Assembly: GCA_051294905.1 (NCBI GenBank)
Contig: CM119372.1
Coordinates: 33,606,001-33,670,000 of the forward strand
Length of the DNA stretch: 64,000 nucleotides
Direction: 5' to 3'
Source: Botryllus schlosseri
Lineage: Eukaryota
Below the pieces are notes generated by a model, which was not told the DNA's origin, did not search any database, and worked only from the letters and a program-made list of their open reading frames with translations. This document shows, piece by piece, positions 28,353 to 40,191 of this stretch. Each line of letters opens with the position of its first letter. Within the stretch, counting starts at the first letter, position 1. The position numbers and the translations under genes are program-made.

Positions 28353-29680
28353 AATCGTCAGCAACTAGTAGAGAATTCAAAACAACATTGCATATCAAGA
28401 ATGGTATCAGAAAATATGACGTCACCAGCATGAAATTTCGAATACAATAGCGTTCAATGTACTATTTTCAGATGATACACGAACTCCTTTTGTTGACACA
28501 GCCTTGGCTGGTGTATTTTGATAAAAGTCGACTCCAAGGCACACATATGAAAGTGTGAACTTTCCGAGTGCGCGAAATCTGTTGTCTCGATAATTTTTCG
28601 CACAGACGGGTTCATCCAACAAGTGTTTTCCGAATGCAGAATTTATGGCCTTGATTGTTCCGCATCAATCATGAGCGGATGAGTCAAGGGTGAGCTTTTC
28701 ACCGAGCGTGACGAGCGCGTTCTAATGAATCTAGGGACATGGTGATTTATGCGTTCCTGCAAGCGCTTCGACGTTCTTCCCACGTAGCCACAATCGCAGT
28801 GACATTTAAATTCGTAAACTATATTGCTCTGTTGTAGTGCAGGAAACACGTCTTTACGTGTGTAGCAACAATATGTATCGCTGATTATGACGTCAAGTCG
28901 AGTGAACTACAAAAATTCGAAATGCGAGAGAGCTATAGCGCAGTCAGGATGAGAACGGGACAAAACTAGTTGATGTGCGATATCGAAGCATACGATTTGA
29001 TACACAGTTCAAAGTGTTCATTGATGCGGTCCTGCAACAGTTTGGACGTTCTCCATATGGCGTAACCAGGAGGAGACAAAAGGGGTCATGGCCCTATAAT
29101 GAAAAATAATATTTGGAAATTTGTTGAAAATTGACACACAAGTTGAGTTTTAAGCAGATATATTAAACATGAACTTTTTCTTCGCACTTCGCGTGATATA
29201 TCGTGTCGGTCGATTTTAATTATTGTGTAGCCGCCTTCCCATCAATATAATGAAAGAATATGCCCATGCCTAAATACAGAATTTAATCCAACACGAAGTG
29301 CAATCCCAGAAAGGTTGCCGGTTATAGAACCGTGGTCGAAGATCGCGCCGGATTGCTCTCGCCTTGCCCTAAGTCCCGCGGTAAAAATACCAGCAGAGTG
29401 AAATATTATATCCCGTGAATAAATGCGATTTGGGAACAGTGTGCGCTTCAAAGAAGTTCTCTTTCAATGAGTTGTGGTACGCGTGCGCTATCTTTTGAGT
29501 GGCGACAACTTTCGGCGGGGATCAGGAAATAACAACATGCATCAACTAACTAAGTTTACAAAATCCCATCCACTAACTAACTATCCTCAGAGCAAATCAT
29601 CAGCGCGCGATGGACCAAGGTGCCGACCTAATTGATTTTAAAATCTTTTGGACTAAGAGAGTTCTATAGAAGGTAATAAC

Positions 29681-30498
29681 TAGGGAGGTTTTTTTTACCT
29701 AAAAAAAAAGAAAAATTTGACCTAAAAAATCTGAATTTTGACCAAATTTTGACCTAACGTTAGCAAATTATGTGTTTTCCCAAATAATGTCAAAATTGTA
29801 CCAGTTATCTACATTTCCGGTTGTAACTGGCTGTCCCAACGAAGTAGTTTGGCCTGAAAAAACGTTTTTGGCATAGAAACAGGCAACTTTGTACTATACA
29901 TATAAAAAACAATATTTAACGAAATCTGGCCCTATGAAGAATTCCAGTAGTTGCAGTACGTATTATGGTGAGAATAATTAAAAAAAAATTGTAGTACAAC
30001 GAGAGATACTTTCATACATTCTTGGGTAAAAAGTGCATGTCCTTACTTGCCAAGGACGTTCAACAGCAGCAGTTGTTGGCTGACAACACTCAAATTGTGC
30101 GTACACTACTGGTGACACACCATGTTGCTTCATTCTGACAATGTTGTCTATTAATATTTTTCATCATGCGCTTCTCAATATAAGAATGATGCTCCAGTTA
30201 GGATATTGCGGTACGTTGACCATAATACCATGTCCACCTATTTGTTTTTTTTTTTGACCGTTGATGATTCAGTATGAGCAGACAATTCGCCGTTTACAAC
30301 AGTAGGCCTATAAAGTAGGCTACAAGCTGTAAAATATCAAATGATACATTCACCGACAGTGCAAAATCTACGATACAAACGAAATAAAGACGTCAAATAA
30401 TTTTGACTTTATGACCAATTTTGACAAATTTTGACCTAACACTACAATTTTGACAAAATTTTGACAAATTTTGACATGTCAAAAAAAAAAACGCCCTA
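29681..30498. mobile_element. hAT MITE inserted in Penelope RT
   Basis: TIR TAGGGAGGTTTTTT / AAAAAACGCCCTA; TSD GTAATAAC; TTTGAC arrays. Partial second copy at ~31184-31700. Confidence 0.85.
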
Positions 30499-32502
30499 GT
30501 AATAACCTATAAACGCAGGCTTCCTATTAGCAGAGGTCAGAAATTGATCGTCCCCCTTTTCCACCAGGACGTCAAGGAATGCTATGCGGTTGTGTAGTTC
30601 CTTTTCCGACGTGAATTTCAATGCTGGATGCAATTTATTTAGATCATTTAGGAAACTGTTGCAGTAAGATTTACTATCGAAAATCACGACTGTGTCATCG
30701 ACGTACCGATAGTATAAGGGTATATTACTGCAATAAGTGAAGAGCTAAATCTTCATAGAACACCGCAAATATATCAGCTAGAATAGGCCCCAATGATGAT
30801 CTCGTGGCTCAACCTCTTTCTACATTATACTGTTGAAACTAAATGCAACGGAGCAAACAGCGTTTCTCATCCATTCAATGATGACAGCTCTCGAAAACGG
30901 AGCGGTAATATAGCTTACCGTTATATAGAGCAGGGCTCTTCAACCAGGTGTACACCCTGGGCTGTGCCATAATTTCAAGGGGTGTACCACTCGGATGGGG
31001 TGTACTGGAAAGTACCAGATCCGCAATACAAAGAACTGATGACCAGCTACCACAATAGATTGGCAAGTTTATGCTTCAGAACAGATCGACCAGATGTGTT
31101 ATATCGTACAATGTTCCACTTAATTGTAGGAAATTGTAAATTTGATTTCCTTTGTTATGCCATAAGCAAATGCTTCTCCTCATTGGGGCGATTTTTTTAC
31201 CTAAAGAAAGAAAAATTTTGACCTAAAAATCAAAATTTTGACATTTTTTGACCATAACAAGCTTAATTTGGACCAAATTATGACCTCATGTATGTAAATT
31301 AGATGTTTTCCCACATAATGTTAGAATTGTACAAGTTATCTTCATTTCTGGTTGGAACTGTCTGCCTTATGAAGTAGTTTGACCTGAAAAAACTTCATTT
31401 TAACGGAATCTAGACCTATGAAGAATTCCGGTAGTTACATCACGCATTATGGTAGATATAATTAAAAAAATTTGTTGTACAACGAAAGATACAATCCTAC
31501 ATTCTCAGGTGCCTGTCCTTACTAAGTAGCTTGTCGAGAATGGAGAAAGACCATTCAACAGCAGCAGTTGTTGGCTGGCAACATCAGGTTAGGTGTACAC
31601 TGCTGGTGACACACCGTGTTGCTTCATACTGACAATGTTGTTTACATCACAATTTTTCAGCATGCACTTCTTGATATAAGAACCAATGCCCACGCAGTCT
31701 TGTTTCGGTGGGGGGGGGGGGGCGCTGAACAAAAATGAGATCGCGGTAGATGATGTGGCGGTATGACATATCCTTAATGAGTATTTAGAGCAAATTAACA
31801 TTCCACGAAACATGTCAAATCTCGAAATTTTTGGTCGTTGTGTTTGTTACGTATGTTTTCATAAATGTAGTTGGCTATTATAATTCATATAAAACGAATT
31901 GCGCGTACTTCTAGATCGCCAATTCCCCGTTAAAACAATGCCGCCACGCTTGCTAGGGTTATTTTAAACAAAATGTTGCGAATTAGATATTATATCCTGC
32001 AGCGCACAGCGTGTAAAAATTAAAAAAGCAGTCACTCTCTATCCCTTTTGAGAGTGAGAGTCCTTTGTACATAAAACATATTTTGAAGCTTTGGGCACGA
32101 AATGAATAACTAAATATACCTGTATTTGAGAGCTACAAAATTAAATCGTCAGAATATTTCTTCATCATATCATAAGGATGATACTATCTAGTGTTGTGGT
32201 TCACAACCTCACATGACCGTTATATAAGATAAGTTGATTTGTTTGGAATACATTCATGTTGATATTAATAACTGGGTACAGTACTAAATTCAATGTGACT
32301 AGATATACGCATCCCATTTTCAGTTGACTTACTTAGCCACACAAAGCCCTAAGACAAAATCCAATACCATTAATTTCTTCGTATTTCCTATCGCAGATAT
32401 GAATTCGAGATGGTTCGAACCACAGGGTATGAGACCGTACCCGATTGCTGTTATAACAACCTCGATTTGACCCTGAGTATACCACACACAATCATTATAT
32501 GG

Positions 32503-33705
32503 CAGTGACATGCGGTCCAATGAGGCAGGTGAGGCACTGCCTCATCTGTCGTCTGGATGAGTAAGTGAAAATTGTGAAACCCCTCCATGAGTCGATGATT
32601 ATATTGATGTTACACATCGATGTTCTTAAATAACTAAATTGGAACATTTTTTTTCATCAAACATCATCAATTTGCATCATTATTATTCAAAAATACAGCG
32701 CGAAAGGAGAGGTGAGGCACAGGTGAGGCACGGGCGCGTCGTGCCTCACCTGCAACAATGCAATTCATCATAAACAGCTCGGAATTCTAAATAACTGGAA
32801 TCAATGAAATGCTATAGTGACACTGATTCCGGAAATCTTTAACAGTGTCAGAGCACCAGAAACCCCAAAAATCGCCAAGGAAGGTGACCTTCGCCTTTAT
32901 TACAGAAAATGCCATCGTAGAGAAACAATGGCTAGGTGAGGCACAAACGAATCTGCTTCATGCACTATTCGCTAACAATTGGACAATCGAAACCGAGTGA
33001 AACGCGCTACCGACTTCGGAATCCAATAATCTTGAAGGAATTATATAAGATTGAAGCGACGGCCAATGCGTAGCCAATACATTCCCTTACTTATTATGTA
33101 GCTGCATGGCCTACTTTTTAGTAGGCCATGGTAGCTGTTATGTATTTTGCACCCATAGCTACGTTAAATTGTGGTATGTGATAGCTATTTGCATAGGCTG
33201 CATTGTCGTTGTTTGTGTCCTGTATGCTGTGTTCGACTGCAATCCCTTTAACCGTTAATTGTGGTATGTGATTGAGATAGCCATACTTACAAAGCCTGCG
33301 TTGTTGTTTGTGGTAGTGGTGCCACTCCCGAACACTAGATCACTGTATTTTGACTTGACCCAGTGCATTTTCTTTCGAAATTCAGCAAATCTAGTGTTTT
33401 TTACTAAATAAAATTTGTAACTGAGGATGCTTATTTCATGTTCTTCGAAGAATTTACACCGGAAGGCCTACTTGAAAAGATCGTAATCAGTATTTGTCTA
33501 AACATGCCCATTTGGCACAATAGCGACCAATCCTACATCTATTATAGAATGCGAAATTGCAGCGGCTACCAATGTGCAAAGAAAATGCTCTCTATACCCG
33601 CTGTTGTTGTAATTCACATTTCAAGTCTCTTTACGTGCGTGTTGTTCTTTTGTGTGTGGGGGGGGAGCGTGCCTCACCAGCCATGAACCTCACCGCACGT
33701 CACTG
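32503..33705. mobile_element. hAT (Tip100-like) MITE with TGAGGCA motifs
   Basis: TIR CAGTGACATGCGGT / ACCGCACGTCACTG; TSD TTATATGG. Confidence 0.9.
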
Positions 33706-33879
33706 TTATATGGTTTATTATAGTCGAATGGTCCTCGAGCGCGATTAAAGCTCGAAATGTTTCCAATACCAAAGTCCCGAAAAGACCGACTGGACTTTGA
33801 CCTCTTACCAGGACCGAAACTGCTGCAACCCTAACCCCCAATCGGTGAGCTAAGGCAAAGGGTGCGTTAAATTAATTCG

Positions 33880-34343
33880 GTGAATGAACATTAAATACAG
33901 ATCATATTTTCACGACTCCCGTAACCTAACTAAGAGATCTATCGACTACTCGGGACCTGTCATATGGAATGCATTACCACCACACATCCGTGAATTGCCT
34001 TATAATAGATTCAAAGAAGCCCTACTTGATCACCTCTTGTCGTTACACTAACACTGTTGCCCTACCTCGCCCAGACATTGCTTCATTGATCATTTGCTAC
34101 CATCGTTATGATTTGTCTTCTATTTTATATTTTTAACTACTGTAACCTTTTTTACAGCCAGACTGCTTAGAGTCAAGTGTACCTGTTTGATGCTGGTGTG
34201 ATCAGACTAGATGACCCCCACGGTCTTATCGATCATTCCTATCTAATACCGAATACTGTGCAAGCATATTTTCTGTACCACCATCACTGCCGTGTGCTAT
34301 GTATTTTGGTTGGATGAAAATAAATACTCTCTCTCTCTCTCTC
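33880..34343 (+). mobile_element. 5'-truncated CR1/L2-group LINE 3' end
   Basis: KRSIDYSGPVIWNALPPHIRELPYNRFKEALLDHLL..* (stop 34049-34051), followed by a 3' UTR, AATAAA and a (CT)n tail. Confidence 0.75.
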
Positions 34344-35254
34344 GTACGAAAATACACATAATTAGAGAAAATAGAAATAGGCATTTCGGCGTCGACCATT
34401 ACAACACAACACGATGCACGAAGGCATATGAAGTTCCGGCCAATATGGGACTCCGAGAAATGCGTCAAAAAGATCGTTTTTAGGGGGAGCTGACAAAGTA
34501 CTGTTACGACCCTTACCCATTGTCTTTATTACAGTCGTTACAATATGAGGTGGGGGCGCTAGAGCACGACAATTTTTGAAAGGGGGCACTGGAGAAAAAA
34601 AGGTTAAGAACCACTGATATAGACCATCGACGCAAATATTCAAAGTCTCATTTAGTTGATGAAAAGGCTCTTTATGTTGAATGAGCCTAGAAAATTACAG
34701 CAGCATGTGCAGTGCGTATAGTTGTGAACAACGCATCTCATCGCACTGAGACCGTATAGGTGTACAACAGGTTCCAGTGTGTTGATTAACCACTTCACCA
34801 ACTTGTGCTGGGTTGACCAAGTCATGCTGCATATCGGTGTGAGTGGCACATCGTCTTTAATAAGGTTACCATATTTTGAGATCCGAAAATAAAGGTCACC
34901 TTTCAAAAATTCCTAAAGCTCCAGTACCGGATTAGAAAACTAGTGACTTTGAAAATTTTTCAACCAATAGCACTAAAAAATGGTCATAACTTTGACTCGA
35001 CTTCCGAATTACCCGCTTTTTACGATACTTCTGTGATGTTGACTAAAAAAAGGTCATCCTTTCCGTCTCTACTCCCGAAATACCCGTGGGGCCTTTTGAT
35101 CTCATTTTTATACATTTTCTAGAAAAAGAGGACAAATTCTTGGAATAGAGGACATTTAGGCGTCCTCCGAGAACACTTTAAATTAATTTAAGAAAGAGGA
35201 CAAATCCTCTTAAAAGAGGACCTGATGCAGTCGTATGACTCTGTCGATAATATG

Positions 35255-36524
35255 CAGAGGTGGTCAGTAACGAAGTACTTCTACTTTTACGAAGTACTCA
35301 AGTAGTTTTCCTCTACTTCTGGTACTTACTCAAGTAGATCTGATTTTCGCTACTTTTACTTCTACTTCGTAATATTTTGTGATCTACTTACTTACTTTTC
35401 GCTAGTTTCAGTTTGTCAAGTAGAAGTAGTTCAATCTTTCAATCTGGAAGATAGCCTGAGGAATTTTGAGACTGTTTTCACGGAGTATCAACATTTAATT
35501 TTCATAGTAGTTTAGTGAAGCCCAGAATTTTCGTCGCGTTTCGCGAGCAGTGCTGGATACGGAGTGACCAGTATGAATTCACGAAAGTATCGGTGAATAT
35601 AATTTAGGTAGATGGTTGGCGTGGTTCCGTTCACACCCCATTGTCGCCCTTCTTCCATATCAAATAATTCATCACAGTTTATATGGCTCATCATAACGTT
35701 TGAAACTGATGTTTGGCAATATAGCATTTATTTGTCATATCGTAATCTGGCATGTCCATGGCGTGTCCAAATCTGGAAAAGTGGACTCCGACTTTTTTTA
35801 GTTTTAGAGCTGTTTTAGCATACCACCTTTGAAAATTTCTGGACCAAAAACATGAAATACATGTTCTGCTTTTAGAAGTAGTATTTATATTTCACTTTCA
35901 ATTCCCAGTATCATCTTTTGTCTGGATAACATACATGTTGAAGTATAAAAGCAAGTGTAGTAATGCCTTTAATTTTTGGAAATGAAGCTACACAATATGG
36001 CATTTTTACGGTCCACTATATTTTTTATTAACGTTTACTAATCGCGCAAAGTGTTTACACCGTATCCTATACAGCTTCTCCGTATTGCTCTTCGACTAAA
36101 CTACGGGCCTTATAATATGGGGAATGGCGCCATACCATGGTATTTCCTAAAACGTGCTGTTCGAGAAAACAGAGGATTAGCATCGCATTTCCATATCAAT
36201 ACTATCATTTTCATCCCATGATGTGGACGAATACTTATGCTATCGAAAATTGGATACCTGCTGGTATGCATCAATATGAATCAAGCTCGTCACCTATCGC
36301 ATAGCTCAACTTGCACCTTTTTACAATCCATGTGGACGAATTAGGATCGTTTTCATAACTACTTACTTACTTGAGTACATTTAAAGTCACTCAATTCTAC
36401 TTCTACTTCAAGTAGTTTTAGGTTGCTTATGGAAGAAGTACTTCTATTCAAACTTGAGTAGATTTTTTCATCGCTACTTCTACTTCTACTTGAGTAGATT
36501 TCTTGACTACTTTGACCACCTCTG
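35255..36524. mobile_element. hAT MITE with AAGTA/TACTT arrays, inserted in the Penelope ORF
   Basis: TIR CAGAGGTGGTCA / TGACCACCTCTG; TSD ATAATATG. Its right half is repeated at 54841-55283. Confidence 0.9.
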
Positions 36525-37104
36525 ATAATATGTCGTCATTTGTCAATCTTCGAAGGCGTCATTGTAGTCGCGCTTCAATCTTTGCGGCGATGTCATATTT
36601 CAAAATCGGGTCAAGTACGACGAATAGATTTATTTTCAGGAATTGACAACATTTTCGATTCGTAATCATTCTTGTTTAGAATTGGCACGCCTGTACCTTT
36701 ATCAGGTTTTTATGTGGCTGTTGGGGTTGCTTCGCAAATATGTTATTTGGCACTGAATCATTCCATGGTCATCAGGAAATCGGCCTTGTCAACCGGATAT
36801 CCGCAATACGAGTGTTTCAGGTCCGCAATCTTATTTTTGAGCGCCGGCCCGTCATCAATCCATTTTACCTCACGATGCTTCAACTCAGCTATTAGTATCT
36901 CGAATTCGGAGAAAACTTCTTCACTCTTAACATTAGGTGGTGGTATGCAAAGTTCAATCCGTGTGATGAAGCAAACTTTCCAGTCGATGACAGTGCGTTA
37001 TCAGATAGGTCAGCGACTAGCCGGTTTAAATTTCGTTCGATTTTTGATAGATATTGATTATTGTTAAACCTAGTTTGTTGAATGCTCGCATTATTGATGA
37101 CGGT

Positions 37105-37140
37105 ATCCCTTGATGAGTGTCAGCCGACAAGCTTCGGGAA
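37105..37140 (+). ncRNA. Degenerate hammerhead motif in an inverted Penelope pLTR
   Basis: ATCCC-TTGATGA-GTGTCAGCC-GACA-AGCT-TC-GGGAA: same stem II as 28319-28352 but with two core substitutions, so probably inactive. Confidence 0.55.
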
Positions 37141-37469
37141 TAAATATGAATAAAAAATTCAAATGCAATATGAGGTTCTTTACTCTACAGCTTCCTTTAA
37201 TCTGCGTCCATGGGAAAATGCCAAAATGTGCCTTAATTGGGGGGACCATGCGTCCCGAATTTCCCGGACATTTCCGGGATTTCACTGTAAAAACTGCGTC
37301 AGGGAGGAAATTCTAAAATATGCTGAAATGTCTGAATTTCAAAGGTTTGAAGTGGGGTCAAATGTTTTTTGCTCATGTCCATTTCTGCTGAACTCCGGAT
37401 TAATCCACTTTTTACATCTCGTTTAAACGATACCTAGCCATCCACAAAATTAATGAATCGAGAACGAAT

Positions 37470-38050
37470 GATCTTACGTCTAAGCGCTTGCAGCAAAGAA
37501 TTCGCCAGCATATCCCACGGCAGATTAGAATAAGTAATGTTTCTACAACTCCATCATCGCAGTCTGTTGACACACTGCGTGATTATGATCAAGTTACTGC
37601 TTGTAATTCGGCTATTGGACAGCATCTGTTATCCCATCCTGCTGGTGCTAATCATTACAATGACATTTGCTCGTGGCCGATCTCTTTTTCATTTGAAGGT
37701 CCTGGAATCTACGATCATTAGGCTGCGAAAGCCGATTCTCTGTCGCCAGAAGGAACGCCTCTACAGTGTACACTCGTGGAATATTTCATTAATGTTGTGT
37801 GCTGTGTTCTCGGTTATTTATAACCGAATATGTGCTCGTTAACGTTTGTTTTGTATCGTTACTACCGTATCTTGCCCGTCTACTAGCTGTTTGTTTTTGT
37901 TGTTATTACGTCATAGACACAAAATAGTTCTTGCATTTCGAATTTGATCCACCCTATCACTGACGTTCGCTACTGATGAGGGTCAGTCGAAAAGCTTTTA
38001 GCGAATACAGTAACAATATGAAGTTATTGTTTCGCGTAATTTCACTATCG
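37470..38050 (+). mobile_element. Second Penelope-like element, 3' fragment (GIY-YIG end plus pLTR)
   Basis: TSKRLQQRIRQHIP...SAIGQHLLSHP...ARGRSLFHLKVLESTIIRLRKPILCRQKE, followed by a hammerhead motif. Confidence 0.8.
37966..38005 (+). ncRNA. Minimal type I hammerhead ribozyme motif
   Basis: TTCGCTA-CTGATGA-GGGTCAGTC-GAAA-AGCT-TT-TAGCGAA: perfect 7-bp stem I, intact CUGAUGA/GAAA core, palindromic stem III AAAGCUUU. Confidence 0.75.
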
Positions 38051-38203
38051 ATTAATTGATCAGAGGTAGCATACATAGGGCTGCATACTGTATTCACCAA
38101 CTAGCGTAGGGTACAGCGTACGTCTGTTTATTTTCCAGTTTAACTGGCAAGAAGGTAACGAACAGTTGCATATCTCAAAAGTTCGTTGGCACAAGGTATA
38201 TAC

Positions 38204-38629
38204 CAGAGATGAGCATGGATTAGGATTAGGTTTTGAAAAAACAGGATTTGTGAAATTTTGTCGGATTAGGATTGGATTTGGATTAGACATTTTTTTCAGA
38301 ACGGATTAGGATTTGGATTGGATTTACCTATTTTCTGGGAGATTGAAATGTCGTGTGGCGAATGGCGAATAACTTTATTCAGATCAGTTATTAATGTAAT
38401 TATGGTTACTAAGTTATCTTGAATCATGTGAATCGTTGGTTGTGAAAGAAAATTTTCGAGTCCCTTCATTGCATAAATTAGTATTTTTCTGAATTTCCTG
38501 TTGGAATCGGATTAGGATTGGACATGGACTTGAATATGAAAAAGTTATGGATTAGGATTTGGATTTGAATTTGAAGGTTCGGATTTGGATTGGATTAGGA
38601 CATAGAAATTTCAAATCCGCTCATCTCTG
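38204..38629. mobile_element. hAT MITE with GGATTA/GGATTT arrays
   Basis: TIR CAGAGATGAGC / GCTCATCTCTG; TSD GTATATAC. Confidence 0.9.
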
Positions 38630-38789
38630 GTATATACCGTACATATATATATGGATATAATCAGATCTGTCCACCGACATCTTTTTACTGCCCGAAAACC
38701 GACATCATATAATGAGCGAACTGAAAAATTACAACCTAACAATTGCATCAATCTTTCGGTACTGCAACTTCTATAAATGGGACAGTGGT

Positions 38790-39800
38790 TTAACATGATT
38801 CTTTCACGGCATCGTCCATAGATGCGCCGGCGTGCTGCGAGCCTCTTGGTGGCGATGGCATTACGCTGGCCATGATCGGTGCTAATACTGAATTAGTAAC
38901 TATCCCGACTCCCCCAGCCGTTTTCCACATTTTCTTTTGAGTGAATTCGGTCAGATGCACTATAGCGTCGCCAAGATACTGGCTCTCTTCCCGCATGGGA
39001 TTGAAAAACGAATGATTCAGCGCTTCTGCGGCGGTGATGCGACTGTCTTGATCTTCATTCAAAAGCTGCTTTATCAAGTCCTTCGCAGACTCCGAAACGC
39101 GACCCCAATAAAGTGAAGGGAAGGAAGCACCAGACGGGTGTGTTCCGCTGAGCAAATTGTAAAGTACGCACCCACACGCCCATAAGTCGATTGGCGTGCC
39201 GTACTTGAGACCTTGGATCATCTCCGGCGCTTTATATTTACGCGTACCGAGGTCTCCGAGTTTTCGCCTCGCTTTGCCCTTTGTGTCGACCGCCAAACCG
39301 AAGTCCACTAGCTTCACAACTTCTCTTTTGTCTTCGATAGTCAACGATAGATTGGGAGGCTTCACGTCACGGTGTATGATATTTTTAGTGTGGCAGTATT
39401 GTAGTCCGGTGAATATGTCTCTCATATAACGCATCACGTTGCTTTCGCAATGAGAAGCACGCTGTCTGTCGATGACATACTGGTAGAGATCGCCACCATT
39501 CAACAGCTCGAATACCAGTCGATAATCCTTCGCGCCCGAGAAGCTGCCGTAGAACTTCACAATGTTACGATGGTCAAGTTTCTTGATAATATCCTTCTCT
39601 TCGGACAATATCTCGATTTCCGGCCGCTGCATACCTTCTTTACTGATGATCTTAACGGCGTATTCTCTCGCCGATTCTCTATGAATGCATTTCTTAACTA
39701 TAGCGCAGGCCCCAGTGCCAAGAACTTCTTCCTCTTCGTACAAGTCATCGAACCTCAACCTTCTGCTAGGGCACACGCAGGCACCACACAAAAAGTCCAT
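38790..39800 (-). CDS. Intronless stand-alone CASK/CaMKII-like Ser/Thr kinase with canonical catalytic motifs (336 aa from ATG 39800)
   Basis: LGTGACAIV, YAVK, alphaC Glu, HRDVKPPN, DFG, KAPE, DLWACG, SESAKDL..RITAAEALNH, then a regulatory-like segment YLGDAIVHLTEFTQKKMWKTA. The ORF track starts at an upstream GTG (39806). Confidence 0.92.
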   Translation of the reverse strand: MDFLCGACVCPSRRLRFDDLYEEEEVLGTGACAIVKKCIHRESAREYAVKIISKEGMQRPEIEILSEEKDIIKKLDHRNIVKFYGSFSGAKDYRLVFELLNGGDLYQYVIDRQRASHCESNVMRYMRDIFTGLQYCHTKNIIHRDVKPPNLSLTIEDKREVVKLVDFGLAVDTKGKARRKLGDLGTRKYKAPEMIQGLKYGTPIDLWACGCVLYNLLSGTHPSGASFPSLYWGRVSESAKDLIKQLLNEDQDSRITAAEALNHSFFNPMREESQYLGDAIVHLTEFTQKKMWKTAGGVGIVTNSVLAPIMASVMPSPPRGSQHAGASMDDAVKESC

Positions 39801-40191
39801 CTTCACTGCAAACCGTACTGGTGAGACTGCTCAAACAGTGTCCCCGAAACAAAAGCTCTTTTTCTGATGAACAACGGCAATATTAAGCTTCGCGCTGACA
39901 AGCGGCTATCTGTAATAAACATTGCTTGCATTGTAATTTCACAGGCGACACGTTTAGTACGATTGTTTCATAATTACTCTTCCGCACCGCAGAGCCCCAA
40001 CTCAGACTTCTTGAGCGGTTGACTTTAAAAAAGCTTTAGCAAGTACAGTATGGTTTAAGAGTAAGACGGTATACTATATCGGTTTTATACAGCCATAGTC
40101 GCTTATTTTGTTTCAGCGAATCTGAGAATCACAACCAACTTCTATAGTCAATGGGCAGCGATTAGAAAAGGGCAAAATATATTATGTAACT

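Larger units (their letters stand above)
30931..34616. mobile_element. Composite hAT insertion block in Penelope RT
   Basis: Ends CAGGGCTCTTCAACC / GGTTAAGAACCACTG; flanks ATATAGAG / ATATAGAC. The Penelope frame ETLNICVDGLY|NGKL rejoins across it. Confidence 0.7.
28270..37160 (-). mobile_element. Penelope-like retroelement (RT + GIY-YIG), one copy fragmented by later insertions
   Basis: Collinear minus-strand pieces: KPDKGTGV..LNKNDYESKM (~36650-36710); KDDVPLTPICSM..QHKLVKWL..SFNIKSLF (34650-34860); FSFN..SSLGPILADIF..YRYVDD..LHPALKFTSEKE..FLDV (30500-30920); GTLVHRALMICS (~29590-29625); GIY-YIG VYEFKCHCDCGYVGRTSKRLQERI (28400-28860). Confidence 0.85.

Noticed and set aside
38204..38629. 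Telomere-like GGATTA/TTAGG repeats
   Set aside because: Irregular, and bounded by TIRs and an 8-bp TSD: MITE subterminal motifs.
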